This document shows positions 8,173 through 19,122 of a stretch of DNA of 25,599 nt, piece after piece. The stretch is from assembly GCA_051439505.1 (NCBI GenBank), contig JBFRWI010000129.1, positions 1 through 25,599 on the forward strand. The letters are read 5' to 3'. Each line of letters opens with the position of its first letter. Position 1 is the stretch's first letter. Position numbers and translations under genes: made by a program. This DNA is from Hormoscilla sp. (GTDB lineage: Bacteria; Cyanobacteriota; Cyanobacteriia; Cyanobacteriales; Desertifilaceae). The notes under the pieces are model-generated. The model was given only the letters and a program-made list of their open reading frames with translations. It had not been told where the DNA came from and made no database searches.

Positions 8173-9603
8173 TTAGACGGTATCCATGGCCTCGAACTCG
8201 AACTTGATTTCCTTCCACAGTTCGCAAGCAACGGCCAATTCCGGACTCCACTTGCAGGCTTCCCGGATCACATCGCCACCTTCGCGGAACAGGTTGCGAC
8301 CTTCGTTACGAGCTTGAATGCAAGCTTCCAAAGCCACCCGGTTAGCGGTAGCACCCGGAGCATTACCCCAGGGGTGGCCCAGGGTGCCGCCGCCGAATTG
8401 CAGGCAAGCATCGTCACCGAAGATTTCTACCAGTGCCGGCATGTGCCAGACGTGAATACCACCAGAAGCTACCGGCATGACCCCAGGCATGGAGGCCCAG
8501 TCTTGAGTGAAGTAAATGCCCCGTTCCCGATCGCGTTCGATGTGGTCTTCCCGCATCAAGTCCACAAAGCCCATAGTGATGCCTTTTTCGCCTTCCAGCT
8601 TACCCACCACAGTTCCCGAGTGCAGGTGGTCGCCACCGGACATCCGCAAGCACTTGGCCAGTAGTCGGAAGTGGATGCCGTGGTTCTTCTGCCGGTCGAT
8701 CACAGCGTGCATGGCCCGGTGGATATGTAGCAGGACACCGTTGCGGCGGCACCACTTGGCCAAGGTAGTGTTGGCTGTAAAACCACCGGTTAGGTAGTCA
8801 TGCATGATGATCGGGGTACCAATTTCCTTGGCGTACTCAGCCCGTTCCAGCATTTCCTCACAGGTGGGGGCGGTGACGTTCAGGTAGTGGCCTTTGATTT
8901 CACCGGTTTCCGCCTGGGCCTTCTCGATCGCCTCTTGCACGAAGGAGAAGCGATCGCGCCAGCGCATGAAGGGTTGAGAGTTAATATTTTCGTCGTCCTT
9001 AGTGAAGTCCAGACCGCCACGCAAGCATTCATAGACTGCGCGACCGTAGTTCTTCGCCGACAGACCCAGCTTGGGTTTAATCGTACAACCCAGCAGCGGG
9101 CGTCCGTACTTGTTGAGCTTATCCCGTTCTACCACAATCCCGTGGGGCGGACCTTGGAAAGTCTTCAGATAGGCGATCGGAATGCGCATATCTTCCAAGC
9201 GCAGGGCCCGTAAGGCTTTGAAGCCAAATACGTTCCCCACGATGGAGGTTAACATGTTGGTTACCGAGCCTTCTTCAAACAGATCCAGGGGATAGGCAAC
9301 AAAGCAGATGAACTGGTTGTCTTCACCGGGAACCGGCTCAATATCATAGCAACGACCTTTGTAACGGTCCAGGTCCGTTAATAGGTCCGTCCACACCGTC
9401 GTCCAGGTACCGGTGGACGACTCGGCTGCCACCGCCGCACCTGCTTCTTCTGGAGGCACTCCCGGCTGAGGCGTGACGCGGAAAGCTGCCAGAATATCTG
9501 TATCTTTGGGCGTGTAGTCCGGGGTGTAATAGGTGAGCTTATAATCTTTAACCCCAGCTTGATACCCTGCTTTTGTCTGAGTTTTCGTTTGAGCGTAAGA
9601 CAT
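8173..9603 (-). CDS. rbcL: RuBisCO large subunit, form IB
   Basis: [26 protein letters not shown] and C-terminal [14 protein letters not shown]. Confidence 0.99.
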   Translation of the reverse strand: MSYAQTKTQTKAGYQAGVKDYKLTYYTPDYTPKDTDILAAFRVTPQPGVPPEEAGAAVAAESSTGTWTTVWTDLLTDLDRYKGRCYDIEPVPGEDNQFICFVAYPLDLFEEGSVTNMLTSIVGNVFGFKALRALRLEDMRIPIAYLKTFQGPPHGIVVERDKLNKYGRPLLGCTIKPKLGLSAKNYGRAVYECLRGGLDFTKDDENINSQPFMRWRDRFSFVQEAIEKAQAETGEIKGHYLNVTAPTCEEMLERAEYAKEIGTPIIMHDYLTGGFTANTTLAKWCRRNGVLLHIHRAMHAVIDRQKNHGIHFRLLAKCLRMSGGDHLHSGTVVGKLEGEKGITMGFVDLMREDHIERDRERGIYFTQDWASMPGVMPVASGGIHVWHMPALVEIFGDDACLQFGGGTLGHPWGNAPGATANRVALEACIQARNEGRNLFREGGDVIREACKWSPELAVACELWKEIKFEFEAMDTV

Positions 9604-9846
9604 GAAATCCCTTACCTTAACTTACTTTTTCTTTTTGCCTACTCGGCTAGTTTTCCGACTATATCAATATTGTGATCGCCCCGAGTTACCAACTTCTTAA
9701 TTCGCAAATAATCCTTACTTATCTTTACCTTTTTTTTTATATTTCGCAATATTCTTGACAAAAATCCCTTTTGCTGCATATGCAGAATTGGCTGGCATTC
9801 TGGAGATCTACCGGCGCTATGGGGACAGTTTGGGGGAAATCAATGC

Positions 9847-9876
9847 TTGACAAAACTTCATGAACAGTAATAAGAT
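9847..9876 (+). promoter_or_regulatory. Candidate sigma70-type promoter for panB
   Basis: TTGACA (9847-9852), 18-nt spacer, TAAGAT (9871-9876). Confidence 0.45.
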
Positions 9877-9932
9877 TGCCGATCACTGAGGGGCTAGGCA
9901 TTAGATTGCCGATCGCTGAGGGGTAGGGATTG
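9873..9932. repeat. 30-bp imperfect tandem duplication in the panB leader
   Basis: AGATTGCCGATC(A/G)CTGAGGGG twice (9873 and 9903). Confidence 0.75.
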
Positions 9933-9934
9933 AG

Positions 9935-10711
9935 ATGGCAGTGACAATCGCAAAATTGAAGCAATGGAAGCAGCAGGGACGGGCGATAGTCACCCTGACA
10001 GCCTGGGATTATGCCTTGGCCCGGCTGTTGGATGCAGCCGGTGTAGATGTAATTCTAGTGGGAGATTCCCTGGGGATGGTGGCCCTTGGTTATGAAACGA
10101 CGCTGCCAGTGACGCTGGAAGAGATGCTGCACCATGCTAAAGCAGTGCGACGGGGGGTGAAGCAAGCATTGGTTGTCTGCGATCTGCCGTTTTTGACCTA
10201 TCAGGAGAGTCCGTCACAAGCTATCCATTCAGCCGGTAGGGTGCTGAAGGAAACCGGTGCTGCGGCGGTGAAGCTGGAAGGGGGATATCCCGCGATCGCG
10301 GAAACTGTGGCCCGTCTGGTAAATGCTGGCATACCGGTGATGGGCCACGTGGGCTTGACGCCTCAATCCGTGCGTCAGCTGGGTTATCGCCAGCAAGGAA
10401 AGACCCCAGCAGAGGCAGAAAGAATCCTTCAAGAGGCGATCGCCCTGGCAGATGCCGGTGCTTTTGCAGTTATCTTAGAGCATGTTCCCAGCGAGTTGGC
10501 CAGAACCATTACGGAACAATTACCAATTCCCACTATTGGCATTGGTGCCGGTCCCCACTGCGACGGACAGGTCCTAGTTACTGCTGACTTGCTGGGCCTG
10601 TCCGATCGCCTGCCTCCCTTTGCCAAGTCCTATGCTAATTTGCGTCAGACTATTACCCAGGCGGTACAAGATTTTAGTTCCGAGGTGCGCGATCGGGAAT
10701 TTCCCTCCTAG
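9935..10711 (+). CDS. panB: 3-methyl-2-oxobutanoate hydroxymethyltransferase
   Basis: [26 protein letters not shown] and [17 protein letters not shown]. Confidence 0.98.
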   Translation: MAVTIAKLKQWKQQGRAIVTLTAWDYALARLLDAAGVDVILVGDSLGMVALGYETTLPVTLEEMLHHAKAVRRGVKQALVVCDLPFLTYQESPSQAIHSAGRVLKETGAAAVKLEGGYPAIAETVARLVNAGIPVMGHVGLTPQSVRQLGYRQQGKTPAEAERILQEAIALADAGAFAVILEHVPSELARTITEQLPIPTIGIGAGPHCDGQVLVTADLLGLSDRLPPFAKSYANLRQTITQAVQDFSSEVRDREFPS

Positions 10712-10735
10712 TGGATCCCATGCTTTATCAGATAC

Positions 10736-10773
10736 CAACTAACAATTGACAACTGACAACGGACAACTGACAA
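10736..10773. repeat. STRR-like heptamer tandem repeat (CAACTGA), about 5 copies
   Basis: caactaa caattga caactga caacgga caactga between convergent stops; reverse-strand relatives near 19131-19152. Confidence 0.8.
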
Positions 10774-13700
10774 TTATTTTTTCGGCTTGATGGGGATCTC
10801 GATGGTAAAAGTCGCCCCTTTTCCCGGTGGAGAAACGCAACTCAACTGTCCGCCATGCTTGTCTACCACAATTTGATAGCTAACAGACAATCCCAAACCA
10901 GTACCAGAACCTACTGGCTTCGTAGTAAAGAAGGGGTCGAAGATCTTCTGTAGCACTTTCGGCGGCATACCAGGACCATTGTCAGCAATCTGAATTTGCA
11001 CGGAATTGGACTCAGTTACTTTGGTGCGAATGGTAATAGTTGGTGGTTCCGAAGAGTTTTGCTGTCCTCTGGCCGACTCCAAAGCATCAATGCCATTACC
11101 GAAGATATTCATAAACACTTGATTTAACTGATTGGCGAAACAAGTTACCTTAGGCAGTTGACCGTACTCTTTGACCACCTCAATACTAGCTTTCTGCCCG
11201 CTGCCTTTGAGTCGAGACTGTACAATTAGCAGAGTGCTATCAATGCTCTCGTTGATATCCGTTGGCTTCATGCCAGTTTCATGCAGCCCGGAGAAACTCC
11301 GCAGGGACAGGACAATATTGCGGATGCGTTCGGCCCCTACCTTCATCGACTTCAGCAGTTTTTGCAGGTCTTCAGTTAAGAATTCCAGGTCCAGGTCTTC
11401 GATCTCCTCTTGGATTTCTTCCACCGGTTCGGGATAATGCTCCTGATAGAGGTCGATCAAATTCAGCAGGTCTTGGATATAGTCACTAGCATGGTCCACA
11501 TTCCCATAGATGAAGCTGATGGGGTTGTTGATTTCATGGGCCACACCCGCTACCATCTGTCCCAGACCGGACATTTTTTCCGTTTGAATTAGTTGGGTTT
11601 GAGTGCGCTTCAGTTCTTCCAGGGTTTCCGAGAGGGATTCATTTTTCTCGTTTAATTCCTGGGTCCGTTCTGCCACTTTTTGTTCTAAGTTGGCATATAG
11701 TAGGGCATTTTCCAGAGATATTGCTGCCTGAGAAGATAGCAGTCTCAATACTTTCAGCCGCGCTGGCGTAAAGGCCCCCACTGTTAAATTATTCTCCAAG
11801 TACAGGATGCCAATCAGTTTACCTTGATTCAGAATCGGCATACATAGCAGAGACTTCAACTTCTTGGCCGCAATGTAGGGGTCGGTGGTAAATTGCCCCG
11901 ATCGGGCCGCATTGCTCAATACTACATCTTTGTGCGATCGCTCCACATATTTAATCACCGTCACCGGTAAATCCTGACTCGATTCTACTAAAGTAGATTG
12001 CTGCACAATTACTTCTTCTCCATCTACTGACGCCGAGGCGGCAATCAGCAATTCTCCGGACTCTGGCAAGATCAGGAAGCCTTGTTGGGCCCCAGCATTC
12101 TCGATCAGAATCTCCATCAAGGAAGCCAGTAACTTATCTAAGACAATTTCACCGGAAATGGCTTGTCCGGCCTTGACTACCGTGGCTAAATCTAGCGCCC
12201 CCGTACTCTGTTCTCCAGAGGCCCGGATAGTCGTAGTCAGGGAGTAGACATCGCCAGTATCCCGTGTCGTTTTGGTCAACAATTGGGGATATTGGGTCTC
12301 CAGTTCCGACAGTTTGCGCACCGCCCCCCAACGCTGGTAACCATAGTACGCTTCTATCAGATGCAGTTTCGCATATTTCTCTTTCCCTTTGCTTAACCAG
12401 AACTTGGCTGCTAATTCATTCCCTAATGCTTCATTCTGGGGAAACTCGCTTTCTCGGGCCGAGGCGATCGCCCGATCGATCAACTCTAATGACTCCAAGT
12501 CCCGACCGGATATCCGGGCCATGACAGAGGCCACCATCAGATACTTATGCTGGAAATTTGCCGGACAGTTGTCTGCCCAGATTTTCAGCTGCTGTTGATT
12601 GGCCTCTAACTTTTCCGCATATTGTTTTTGCGATTCTGCTGTCGCTGAAGGATAGGCTGCTGCCAGCACCAGTGAGGAATAAAAATTATATTCCGTCACC
12701 GGTAGTATTCCTAACAGATATTGCATCAGCCCTTCCGTAGCTAAAGCACATTTGAGGGCCTCATCTATATTACCGTACAAATAGAGAACCTGGAGTTTGA
12801 AAATCTGATATATCCCTAGGGAGTAAAAGTTTTGATGTTGCTGACAATTTTCTATGTACTCTGCTTCCCCGACTGTTTCACTCTGGAAATCCCATAAGGT
12901 AGGAGTTTTGTTATTCAAGTTCAACAGCACCAAATGCAGTCCCGTCAGAGTATCTGTCACCAGACTATTTTCCGTTTTTTTGCTGAACTGCAAATACTTC
13001 GGTGCTTCTGACAGGAGTTTGACGCAATCATAACCCTGCATGTATAAATTAAGTAACTTGTTCAGCAGCATGTAGCCACCATACTGCAAATCCCCCGAGT
13101 CCAAAGCCGACTGATACCCTTCATTGGCGATCTCGTTCCCCTCTTTTAAGTGATTCAACCAATAGTTCAAACCTACTACCAGTGTCGCACTGGCTTTATA
13201 TACTGGCTGTCCCCACTTCTGATTCAGTTTTAGTCCCAGCACCCCAAATTCATAGGCTGATTTATAATCCCCAAACATTACCGCCAGGAGCATACCATAG
13301 GTAGGGTAGAAAAAGGATGATTCCGGAGCATAACCTGATTTAATACAAATATTACTCCCTTTCAGGACAAGCACTGTCCACAGTTGGGGGTCGAGCATGT
13401 ATACAGAAGGAGCTAAATTATTTAACAGTTTTACTGTCGCTAAAGGCTGCCATGCTGTGATTTCTGGCACGTCCATTAACTCAGCAATTTCCCGATCGCC
13501 CAAATTTTCTTTAGCTAATGCCACTTCCGCACTAATGGCCCCTGGTAAATCCTCTGTTGGCAATTCTATTTCTAACAGCCTCAGAGCCTCTTTTCCTGCT
13601 TGCACGGCCTCCGAGTATTTAGCACGCAGATTATACTGCACCAGCAGCAGATTGTAAACTTCAATCTTTTCAGTAACCGATTTGGCTCGCGACAAAATCA

Positions 13701-16164
13701 GATTAATAAATTCTTCACTCTCGGAGAAATTCCCGTTGAGATATTCTATCTCTGCCCGTTCTTTATGCAAAGCAAAGGCCAAGTCATAGTCGGACTCCCA
13801 AATATCTTCCCTCAATAGATCCATACCAGCGGTCACGTAGGAGTATGCCGCTACGTAGGCCGTGGCATCTTTGGCTTTTTTAGCCGCGTCCAAATTCAAG
13901 TTTGCCAATTCTACCCGTTCCCCTTCCGGCTCGATCAATGACCGACCGATATTCAGATGATCTACCAGATCGAAGATTCTGTCGGCCCGATATTCCACCG
14001 GTGTCATTGCCAGCAATAGCCGGCCAATCTTCAGATGTACGGCCTGTTTTTGCGATTCATCAATCAGGGCATAAGCCGCCTGTTGCACCCGATCGTGCAG
14101 GAATTTATAATTGAGAATTAACAGCGGATAATTCATCAATGCTATGCCCTCTGCTTCCGCCTGGGAACTTGGTTGGATCAATCCTGACTCAATTGCTGGT
14201 AACATGTCACCGAAGGTCGAAAAGGATTCCTTTTCATAGATGAGAGAGAGGGTGTTTAAGTCAAATTGGTTGCCCAAACAAGATGCCAGGCGTAAAACCT
14301 GCTGAGTTGACTCCGGGAATTTCTTCAATTTCGATATCATCAATTCTACCACATTATCCGTAATCCCGATCGCTTCTATCTCTGCGATATCCCATGTCCA
14401 TCCGCCCATCTTTCCGGACTGAGGATCGTTAAAAGTGAGCAGATTTTCTTGATCTAGTGTTTGCAGGAACTGATTCACAAAGAATGGGTTTCCCTGAGTT
14501 TTCCGCACCACCAGTTCTGCTAAGGGTTTTACCGATTCTTGATTTTTACTCAAGGTTTGAGCGATCAACTGAGCAATATGCTCGATCTTCAAGGGAGCTA
14601 AGGGAATCTCATTAATTGTCGTGCCATCATCCCGTAGCCTGTCAATAGTCATCATCAACGGATGTGTGGGACTGACTTCATTATCGCGATAGGATCCAAT
14701 CAGAAACAGATATTGCGTCTCCTCATAGGTCATCATCAACTCTATCAACTTGAGGGTCGCAAAGTCCGCCCACTGGAGATCGTCCAGAAAGATCACTAAG
14801 GGATGTTCCCGATCGCAAAACACTCGGATGAAGTTTTGAAACACTAGATTAAATCTGTTTTGAGATTCAGATGGCTTTAAATCTGCTACGGTTGGTTGAG
14901 GTCCTACTATCAGTTCTACTTCGGGAATCACGTCGATGATAATTTGCCCATTCGGGCCAAAAGCTGCCAATATTTTTTGCCGCCATAATGCTAGCTTTGC
15001 TTCACTTTCTGTTAACAGTTGTCGGACCAGTTCTGTGAAGGCGCTGACTATAGCCGCATAGGGGATACCTCGCTGTAGCTGGTCGAATTTTCCCCAGATA
15101 AAATGTCCCTTCCTTTGGGTAATGGGTTGATAAATTTCCTGCACGAGTGCTGACTTACCGATCCCCGAATATCCCAATACCAGCATCATTTCTGTCTTTC
15201 CCCTCCTGACCCGATCGAACGCTGCCAGTAATGTTTCTATTTCTTGCTCTCTACCATAGAGTTTATGAGGAATTTCAAATTTATCAGAAATATCCTCACG
15301 CGCCAGCGGAAATTCTTCTATGTATCCCCTTGACTGTAACTGCTCCAGACATGCTGATAAATCGGCTTTAATTCCCCAGGCGCTTTGATATCGGTCTTCT
15401 GCGGTTTTTGCTAACAGCTTCATCACTATATTTGAAACAGATGAGGGAATCTCCCGATTTATTTTGTCTGGTGGCACCGGCTGTTTAGCAATATGAGCAT
15501 GTACTAACTCCATGGCGTCTGCGGCCTGAAAGGGCAGTTGCTGGGCTAGCAGTTCGTAGAATGTGACCCCTAGGGAGTAAAAGTCCGTGCGATAATCGAG
15601 CGATCGGTTCATTCTACCCGTTTGCTCTGGGGACATATAGGCAAGTGTCCCTTCTAAACCCTGATGTTGAGTGGTAAAATTCGATTTCTTTTCTGCTTTC
15701 GTTAATCTAGTGGAGATGCTAAAATCGATAATTTTTACCTGGCCTGTAACTGGGTTAAAAATTACATTTGACGGATTTATATCCTTGTGGATGATATTGG
15801 CAGCGTGAATCTCTCCCAAGCTTTCTGTAATTTTGAGCGCCAAATTGAGAAATCCTAAGATGGTCAACTTTTGGGAAGCCATTAACTGCCTTAACGATTC
15901 GCCGCCCAAATCCTCTAATATCATTATCAGAGTATTTTGATATTTTTGCAAGCTATATGCTTTGACAGAGCCTGATAAATTCAGACTCCGGGTAAGTTTA
16001 TATTCCTGCTTGTATCTGTTTATTTCTTCGGGGCTGGGATATTCTTGCTTGAGAATCTTGAGAATCACCGGGATATTATCATGCTCTTGGCGTCCCCGGT
16101 ATACTAGGCAATTGGCACTTTCATAGATTTTGGCGAGGACTTGGTAGCCAGGAATAGTAAGCAT
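10774..16164 (-). CDS. HstK-type hybrid kinase: Ser/Thr kinase, AAA ATPase, GAF, histidine kinase
   Basis: IIHKDINPSN, GTLAYMSPEQTGRMNR, Walker A GYSGIGKS, FLDDLQWAD, GAF (GILYLENN), H-box AHEINNP and FDPFFTTKPVGSGTGLGLS. Confidence 0.95.
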   Translation of the reverse strand: MLTIPGYQVLAKIYESANCLVYRGRQEHDNIPVILKILKQEYPSPEEINRYKQEYKLTRSLNLSGSVKAYSLQKYQNTLIMILEDLGGESLRQLMASQKLTILGFLNLALKITESLGEIHAANIIHKDINPSNVIFNPVTGQVKIIDFSISTRLTKAEKKSNFTTQHQGLEGTLAYMSPEQTGRMNRSLDYRTDFYSLGVTFYELLAQQLPFQAADAMELVHAHIAKQPVPPDKINREIPSSVSNIVMKLLAKTAEDRYQSAWGIKADLSACLEQLQSRGYIEEFPLAREDISDKFEIPHKLYGREQEIETLLAAFDRVRRGKTEMMLVLGYSGIGKSALVQEIYQPITQRKGHFIWGKFDQLQRGIPYAAIVSAFTELVRQLLTESEAKLALWRQKILAAFGPNGQIIIDVIPEVELIVGPQPTVADLKPSESQNRFNLVFQNFIRVFCDREHPLVIFLDDLQWADFATLKLIELMMTYEETQYLFLIGSYRDNEVSPTHPLMMTIDRLRDDGTTINEIPLAPLKIEHIAQLIAQTLSKNQESVKPLAELVVRKTQGNPFFVNQFLQTLDQENLLTFNDPQSGKMGGWTWDIAEIEAIGITDNVVELMISKLKKFPESTQQVLRLASCLGNQFDLNTLSLIYEKESFSTFGDMLPAIESGLIQPSSQAEAEGIALMNYPLLILNYKFLHDRVQQAAYALIDESQKQAVHLKIGRLLLAMTPVEYRADRIFDLVDHLNIGRSLIEPEGERVELANLNLDAAKKAKDATAYVAAYSYVTAGMDLLREDIWESDYDLAFALHKERAEIEYLNGNFSESEEFINLILSRAKSVTEKIEVYNLLLVQYNLRAKYSEAVQAGKEALRLLEIELPTEDLPGAISAEVALAKENLGDREIAELMDVPEITAWQPLATVKLLNNLAPSVYMLDPQLWTVLVLKGSNICIKSGYAPESSFFYPTYGMLLAVMFGDYKSAYEFGVLGLKLNQKWGQPVYKASATLVVGLNYWLNHLKEGNEIANEGYQSALDSGDLQYGGYMLLNKLLNLYMQGYDCVKLLSEAPKYLQFSKKTENSLVTDTLTGLHLVLLNLNNKTPTLWDFQSETVGEAEYIENCQQHQNFYSLGIYQIFKLQVLYLYGNIDEALKCALATEGLMQYLLGILPVTEYNFYSSLVLAAAYPSATAESQKQYAEKLEANQQQLKIWADNCPANFQHKYLMVASVMARISGRDLESLELIDRAIASARESEFPQNEALGNELAAKFWLSKGKEKYAKLHLIEAYYGYQRWGAVRKLSELETQYPQLLTKTTRDTGDVYSLTTTIRASGEQSTGALDLATVVKAGQAISGEIVLDKLLASLMEILIENAGAQQGFLILPESGELLIAASASVDGEEVIVQQSTLVESSQDLPVTVIKYVERSHKDVVLSNAARSGQFTTDPYIAAKKLKSLLCMPILNQGKLIGILYLENNLTVGAFTPARLKVLRLLSSQAAISLENALLYANLEQKVAERTQELNEKNESLSETLEELKRTQTQLIQTEKMSGLGQMVAGVAHEINNPISFIYGNVDHASDYIQDLLNLIDLYQEHYPEPVEEIQEEIEDLDLEFLTEDLQKLLKSMKVGAERIRNIVLSLRSFSGLHETGMKPTDINESIDSTLLIVQSRLKGSGQKASIEVVKEYGQLPKVTCFANQLNQVFMNIFGNGIDALESARGQQNSSEPPTITIRTKVTESNSVQIQIADNGPGMPPKVLQKIFDPFFTTKPVGSGTGLGLSVSYQIVVDKHGGQLSCVSPPGKGATFTIEIPIKPKK

Positions 16165-16194
16165 CGTTATTATCGGTGTGAACTAAACTATCGG

Positions 16195-16292
16195 TATCGG
16201 TAGCACGGGGTGGGCAGTGCGGTGGGCCGTGCCCACCCTACAATACTAGAACCACTATATCGGTAGCACGGGGTGGGCAGACTAGAACCACT
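16195..16292. repeat. Duplicated gnd stop region with REP
   Basis: 23-bp TATCGGTAGCACGGGGTGGGCAG at 16195 and 16258; ACTAGAACCACT at 16245 and 16281; REP at 16221-16241. Confidence 0.8.
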
Positions 16293-17697
16293 GAGTGTGG
16301 AAGAATTCTCTCCTAGGTTTGTCTATCCGCTCATAGGTGTGAGCGCCAAAGTAGTCCCGTTGGGCCTGGGTGAGGTTTTGGGGCAAGCTAGCCCGCCGGT
16401 AGCTATCAAAGTAATCTAGGGATGCACTGAAGGCTGGCACCGGTATACCCAGTTGGTTGGCTGTGGCCAGCACATCGCGCCATGATCCCTGTCGGTCAAG
16501 GATAGTCTGCTTAAACTCAGGAGCGAGCAGCAGATTAGCCAGTTGGGGATTTTCTTTGAAGGCTACTTTTATCTTATCTAAGAATCCGGCCCGAATAATA
16601 CAGCCGCCTTTCCAGATGCGAGAAATTTCGCTCAAGTTCAGGTTGTAGTTATATTCACTGGAGGCGCGCGCCAAGAGGGCCATGCCCTGAGCGTAGGAGC
16701 AAATCTTGGAGCAATACAGGGCGTCGCGGATCTTATTGATAAAGGCTTTGACATCCCCGTCATATTTACCAGTGGGGCCAGTCAGCTCCCGAGCAGCCGC
16801 CACGCGCTCGTCCTTGTAAGAAGACATGATCCGAGCGTTGACTGCTGCGGTAATTGTGGGAATAGTCACCCCTAACTCCAGGGCTGAGACTACGGTCCAG
16901 CGCCCGGTCCCTTTTTGGCCAGCGGCGTCCAGGATCAGATCCAGGAGGGGTTTATTGGTGTCTGGGTCGATCTTGGGGAAAATAGCGGCTGTAATTTCAA
17001 TCAAAAAGGAATTGAGTTCGTCGGTGGTATTCCACTCGGTAAACACCTCATGCAATTGTTTGTGATCCAGCCCGATCGCATTTTTGAGCAGGTCATAGGC
17101 TTCGGCGATCAGCTGCATGTCACCGTACTCAATGCCGTTGTGGACCATCTTCCCGTAGTGACCGGCACCACCAGGTCCGATAAAGGTGACGCAGGGTCCG
17201 TCATCCACTTGAGCGGCGATCTTGGTGAGTATGGGCTCTAATTCTTTGTATGCTGCTGGGGTTCCCCCGGGCATGAGGCTGGGGCCATTGAGGGCTCCTT
17301 CTTCGCCACCGCTGACGCCCATGCCCACAAAACCCAGTTTTTTGGCTTCCAGGTCTTGGGTGCGCCGTTCGGTGTCTTCGTAGAGGGAGTTGCCACCGTC
17401 TATGATCGTGTCTCCCTCTTCCAGCAAGGGTTTGAGCTGGTCGATGACGGCGTCTACTGGCTTGCCAGCTTTCACCATCACCAGGATCTTGCGGGGGCGA
17501 TCGAGGAATTTGACAAATTCTTCAATGGTACGGGCGGCTTTGAAGTTCTTGCCCTTGGCCCGCGTGGCCATAAACTCGTCAGTTTTGGCGGTTGTACGAT
17601 TGTAAACTGTCACGGGAAAACCATTGCGCTCGACATTGAGGGCCAGGTTCTCACCCATGACGGCTAGTCCAATTAGGCCAAAGCTTGGTTGTGTCAT
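16282..17697 (-). CDS. gnd: NADP-dependent 6-phosphogluconate dehydrogenase
   Basis: GLIGLAVMGENLALN, GVSGGEEGA, KMVHNGIEYGDMQ, GQKGTGRWT and QAQRDYFGAHTY. Confidence 0.98.
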   Translation of the reverse strand: MTQPSFGLIGLAVMGENLALNVERNGFPVTVYNRTTAKTDEFMATRAKGKNFKAARTIEEFVKFLDRPRKILVMVKAGKPVDAVIDQLKPLLEEGDTIIDGGNSLYEDTERRTQDLEAKKLGFVGMGVSGGEEGALNGPSLMPGGTPAAYKELEPILTKIAAQVDDGPCVTFIGPGGAGHYGKMVHNGIEYGDMQLIAEAYDLLKNAIGLDHKQLHEVFTEWNTTDELNSFLIEITAAIFPKIDPDTNKPLLDLILDAAGQKGTGRWTVVSALELGVTIPTITAAVNARIMSSYKDERVAAARELTGPTGKYDGDVKAFINKIRDALYCSKICSYAQGMALLARASSEYNYNLNLSEISRIWKGGCIIRAGFLDKIKVAFKENPQLANLLLAPEFKQTILDRQGSWRDVLATANQLGIPVPAFSASLDYFDSYRRASLPQNLTQAQRDYFGAHTYERIDKPRREFFHTQWF

Positions 17698-17925
17698 TTG
17701 ATTGTTTGCTCGTCTTACTATTGTTTTGGGTAAATCACCTCTCAGGTTAGCTCGCTCTCCCTATATCTACCGTAAAGAAGACATTAAGCATTGCCATCCC
17801 TCTGCACAGGGGGGGCGCGAAAGGATAAAATAACTTAACGAAAGTGCGACCTGGGGAGCTAGGGGCGGCACCCGAAGATATGTAAGCAGTAAGTGTTACA
17901 CCAGTACGGAGGAAGCTAGAGTAAA

Positions 17926-19122
17926 ATGGCATACATATTGGCTTTGGCTATTGGTATGGGAAGTTTGGCCCTTTATACAGCAGCCTTCTTTTTTCCTGAA
18001 GTATATCGCAAAGGCGATTTCTTCTGGAGCGGCGTGGGCATGTTTTATGCTTTGATTCTATGGTTCTGTGCTGGGCGGATTACGGGAGCTGTATTGCTGG
18101 GTCAATTGGCGGCGGCGACGATCGTGCTGTGGTTTGGCTGGGAAAATCTGAGGTTACGACGCTATTTGACACCGGTGGCGGAACAGACTCAGATCAAAGA
18201 GGATGTCAAAGAACAGCTAGCAGAGGGTCTATCTGGACTGCCAAAGCTAGTGAAAACTGGACTGAAGAAGGACGAAGAATCTACGGTTGCGCCATCGACT
18301 ACGCCTGATGGGACAGCAGCACAAGCAGAGTCACAGCTCGAAACTGATTCCGATCGCGCACCAGAGAAAATCAAGAGTGATGAGTTAGGGACAACAGAGG
18401 CACCCCAGACAGATGACGCCTCGCAGTCCCAGACAGATGAGGTACAGTCCCAGACAGATGAGGTACAGTCCCAGACAGATGAGGCAGAGTCCCAGACAGA
18501 TGAGGTACAGTCCCAGACAGATGAGGCACAGTCCCAGACAGATGAGTCAAGGGACGCTAACGCCTCGGCAGAAGCACTGAGGAAGAAAGAATCCGAACCG
18601 GTGAAACCAGAAAAGCAGAAGTCAAGCGGATTTCTGGGGCTCGGTAAGATATTCGCATCGGTCAAAAGCAGATCGAAAAAGCAGCGGCAAAGTCAGCCAG
18701 ACCAGAAAATCACTTCCAGTGACAGTGTTGCTGATGAGACGGCAGAGACTCCGGGGACAACAACTTCAGCACCAGTTCCTGATGTGACGACTTCCCAAAC
18801 GAGTGGGTCATCAGTAGTGGAGACCGAAGAAGCGATAACTCCACTAGAGCAGACAACAGTACCGGAGGTAGAAGAAACTCCGGGTGCATCAGCAGTGGAG
18901 AGCAAAGAAGCGGAGACGGAACTAGAGCAGGCCGCACCGCCAGAGACCTCGGAAACGAGTGGGTCATCAGCAGTGGAGAGCAAAGAAGCGGAGACGGAAC
19001 TAGAGCAGGCCGCACCGCCACAGACAGAAGAAACATTGACAGGGTCTTCGGCGGTGGAGGAAGGGGAAAATGAGTCAAGTCCAGGGTCGGCAGAAATAAA
19101 AGCCAAAACTGACGAGAGTTAG
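17926..19122 (+). CDS. Ycf66 family membrane protein with a long acidic, repetitive C-terminal tail
   Basis: N-terminal LYTAAFFFPEVYRKGDFFWSGVGMFYALILWFCAGRITGAVLLGQ; low-complexity E/S/T tail. Confidence 0.85.
   Translation: MAYILALAIGMGSLALYTAAFFFPEVYRKGDFFWSGVGMFYALILWFCAGRITGAVLLGQLAAATIVLWFGWENLRLRRYLTPVAEQTQIKEDVKEQLAEGLSGLPKLVKTGLKKDEESTVAPSTTPDGTAAQAESQLETDSDRAPEKIKSDELGTTEAPQTDDASQSQTDEVQSQTDEVQSQTDEAESQTDEVQSQTDEAQSQTDESRDANASAEALRKKESEPVKPEKQKSSGFLGLGKIFASVKSRSKKQRQSQPDQKITSSDSVADETAETPGTTTSAPVPDVTTSQTSGSSVVETEEAITPLEQTTVPEVEETPGASAVESKEAETELEQAAPPETSETSGSSAVESKEAETELEQAAPPQTEETLTGSSAVEEGENESSPGSAEIKAKTDES
18424..18549 (+). repeat. In-frame 21-bp tandem repeat, 6 copies (QSQTDEx)
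   Basis: CAGTCCCAGACAGATGAGG(T/C)A units. Confidence 0.9.
18889..19020 (+). repeat. In-frame 78-bp-period duplication (SAVESKEAETELEQAAPP twice)
   Basis: Identical 54-nt cores at 18889 and 18967. Confidence 0.85.

Noticed and set aside
18189..19106. Long antisense ORFs over the Ycf66 tail (also those antisense to rbcL, gnd, ileS and the TerB-like gene)
   Set aside because: Shadow ORFs caused by repeats and codon bias of well-supported genes.
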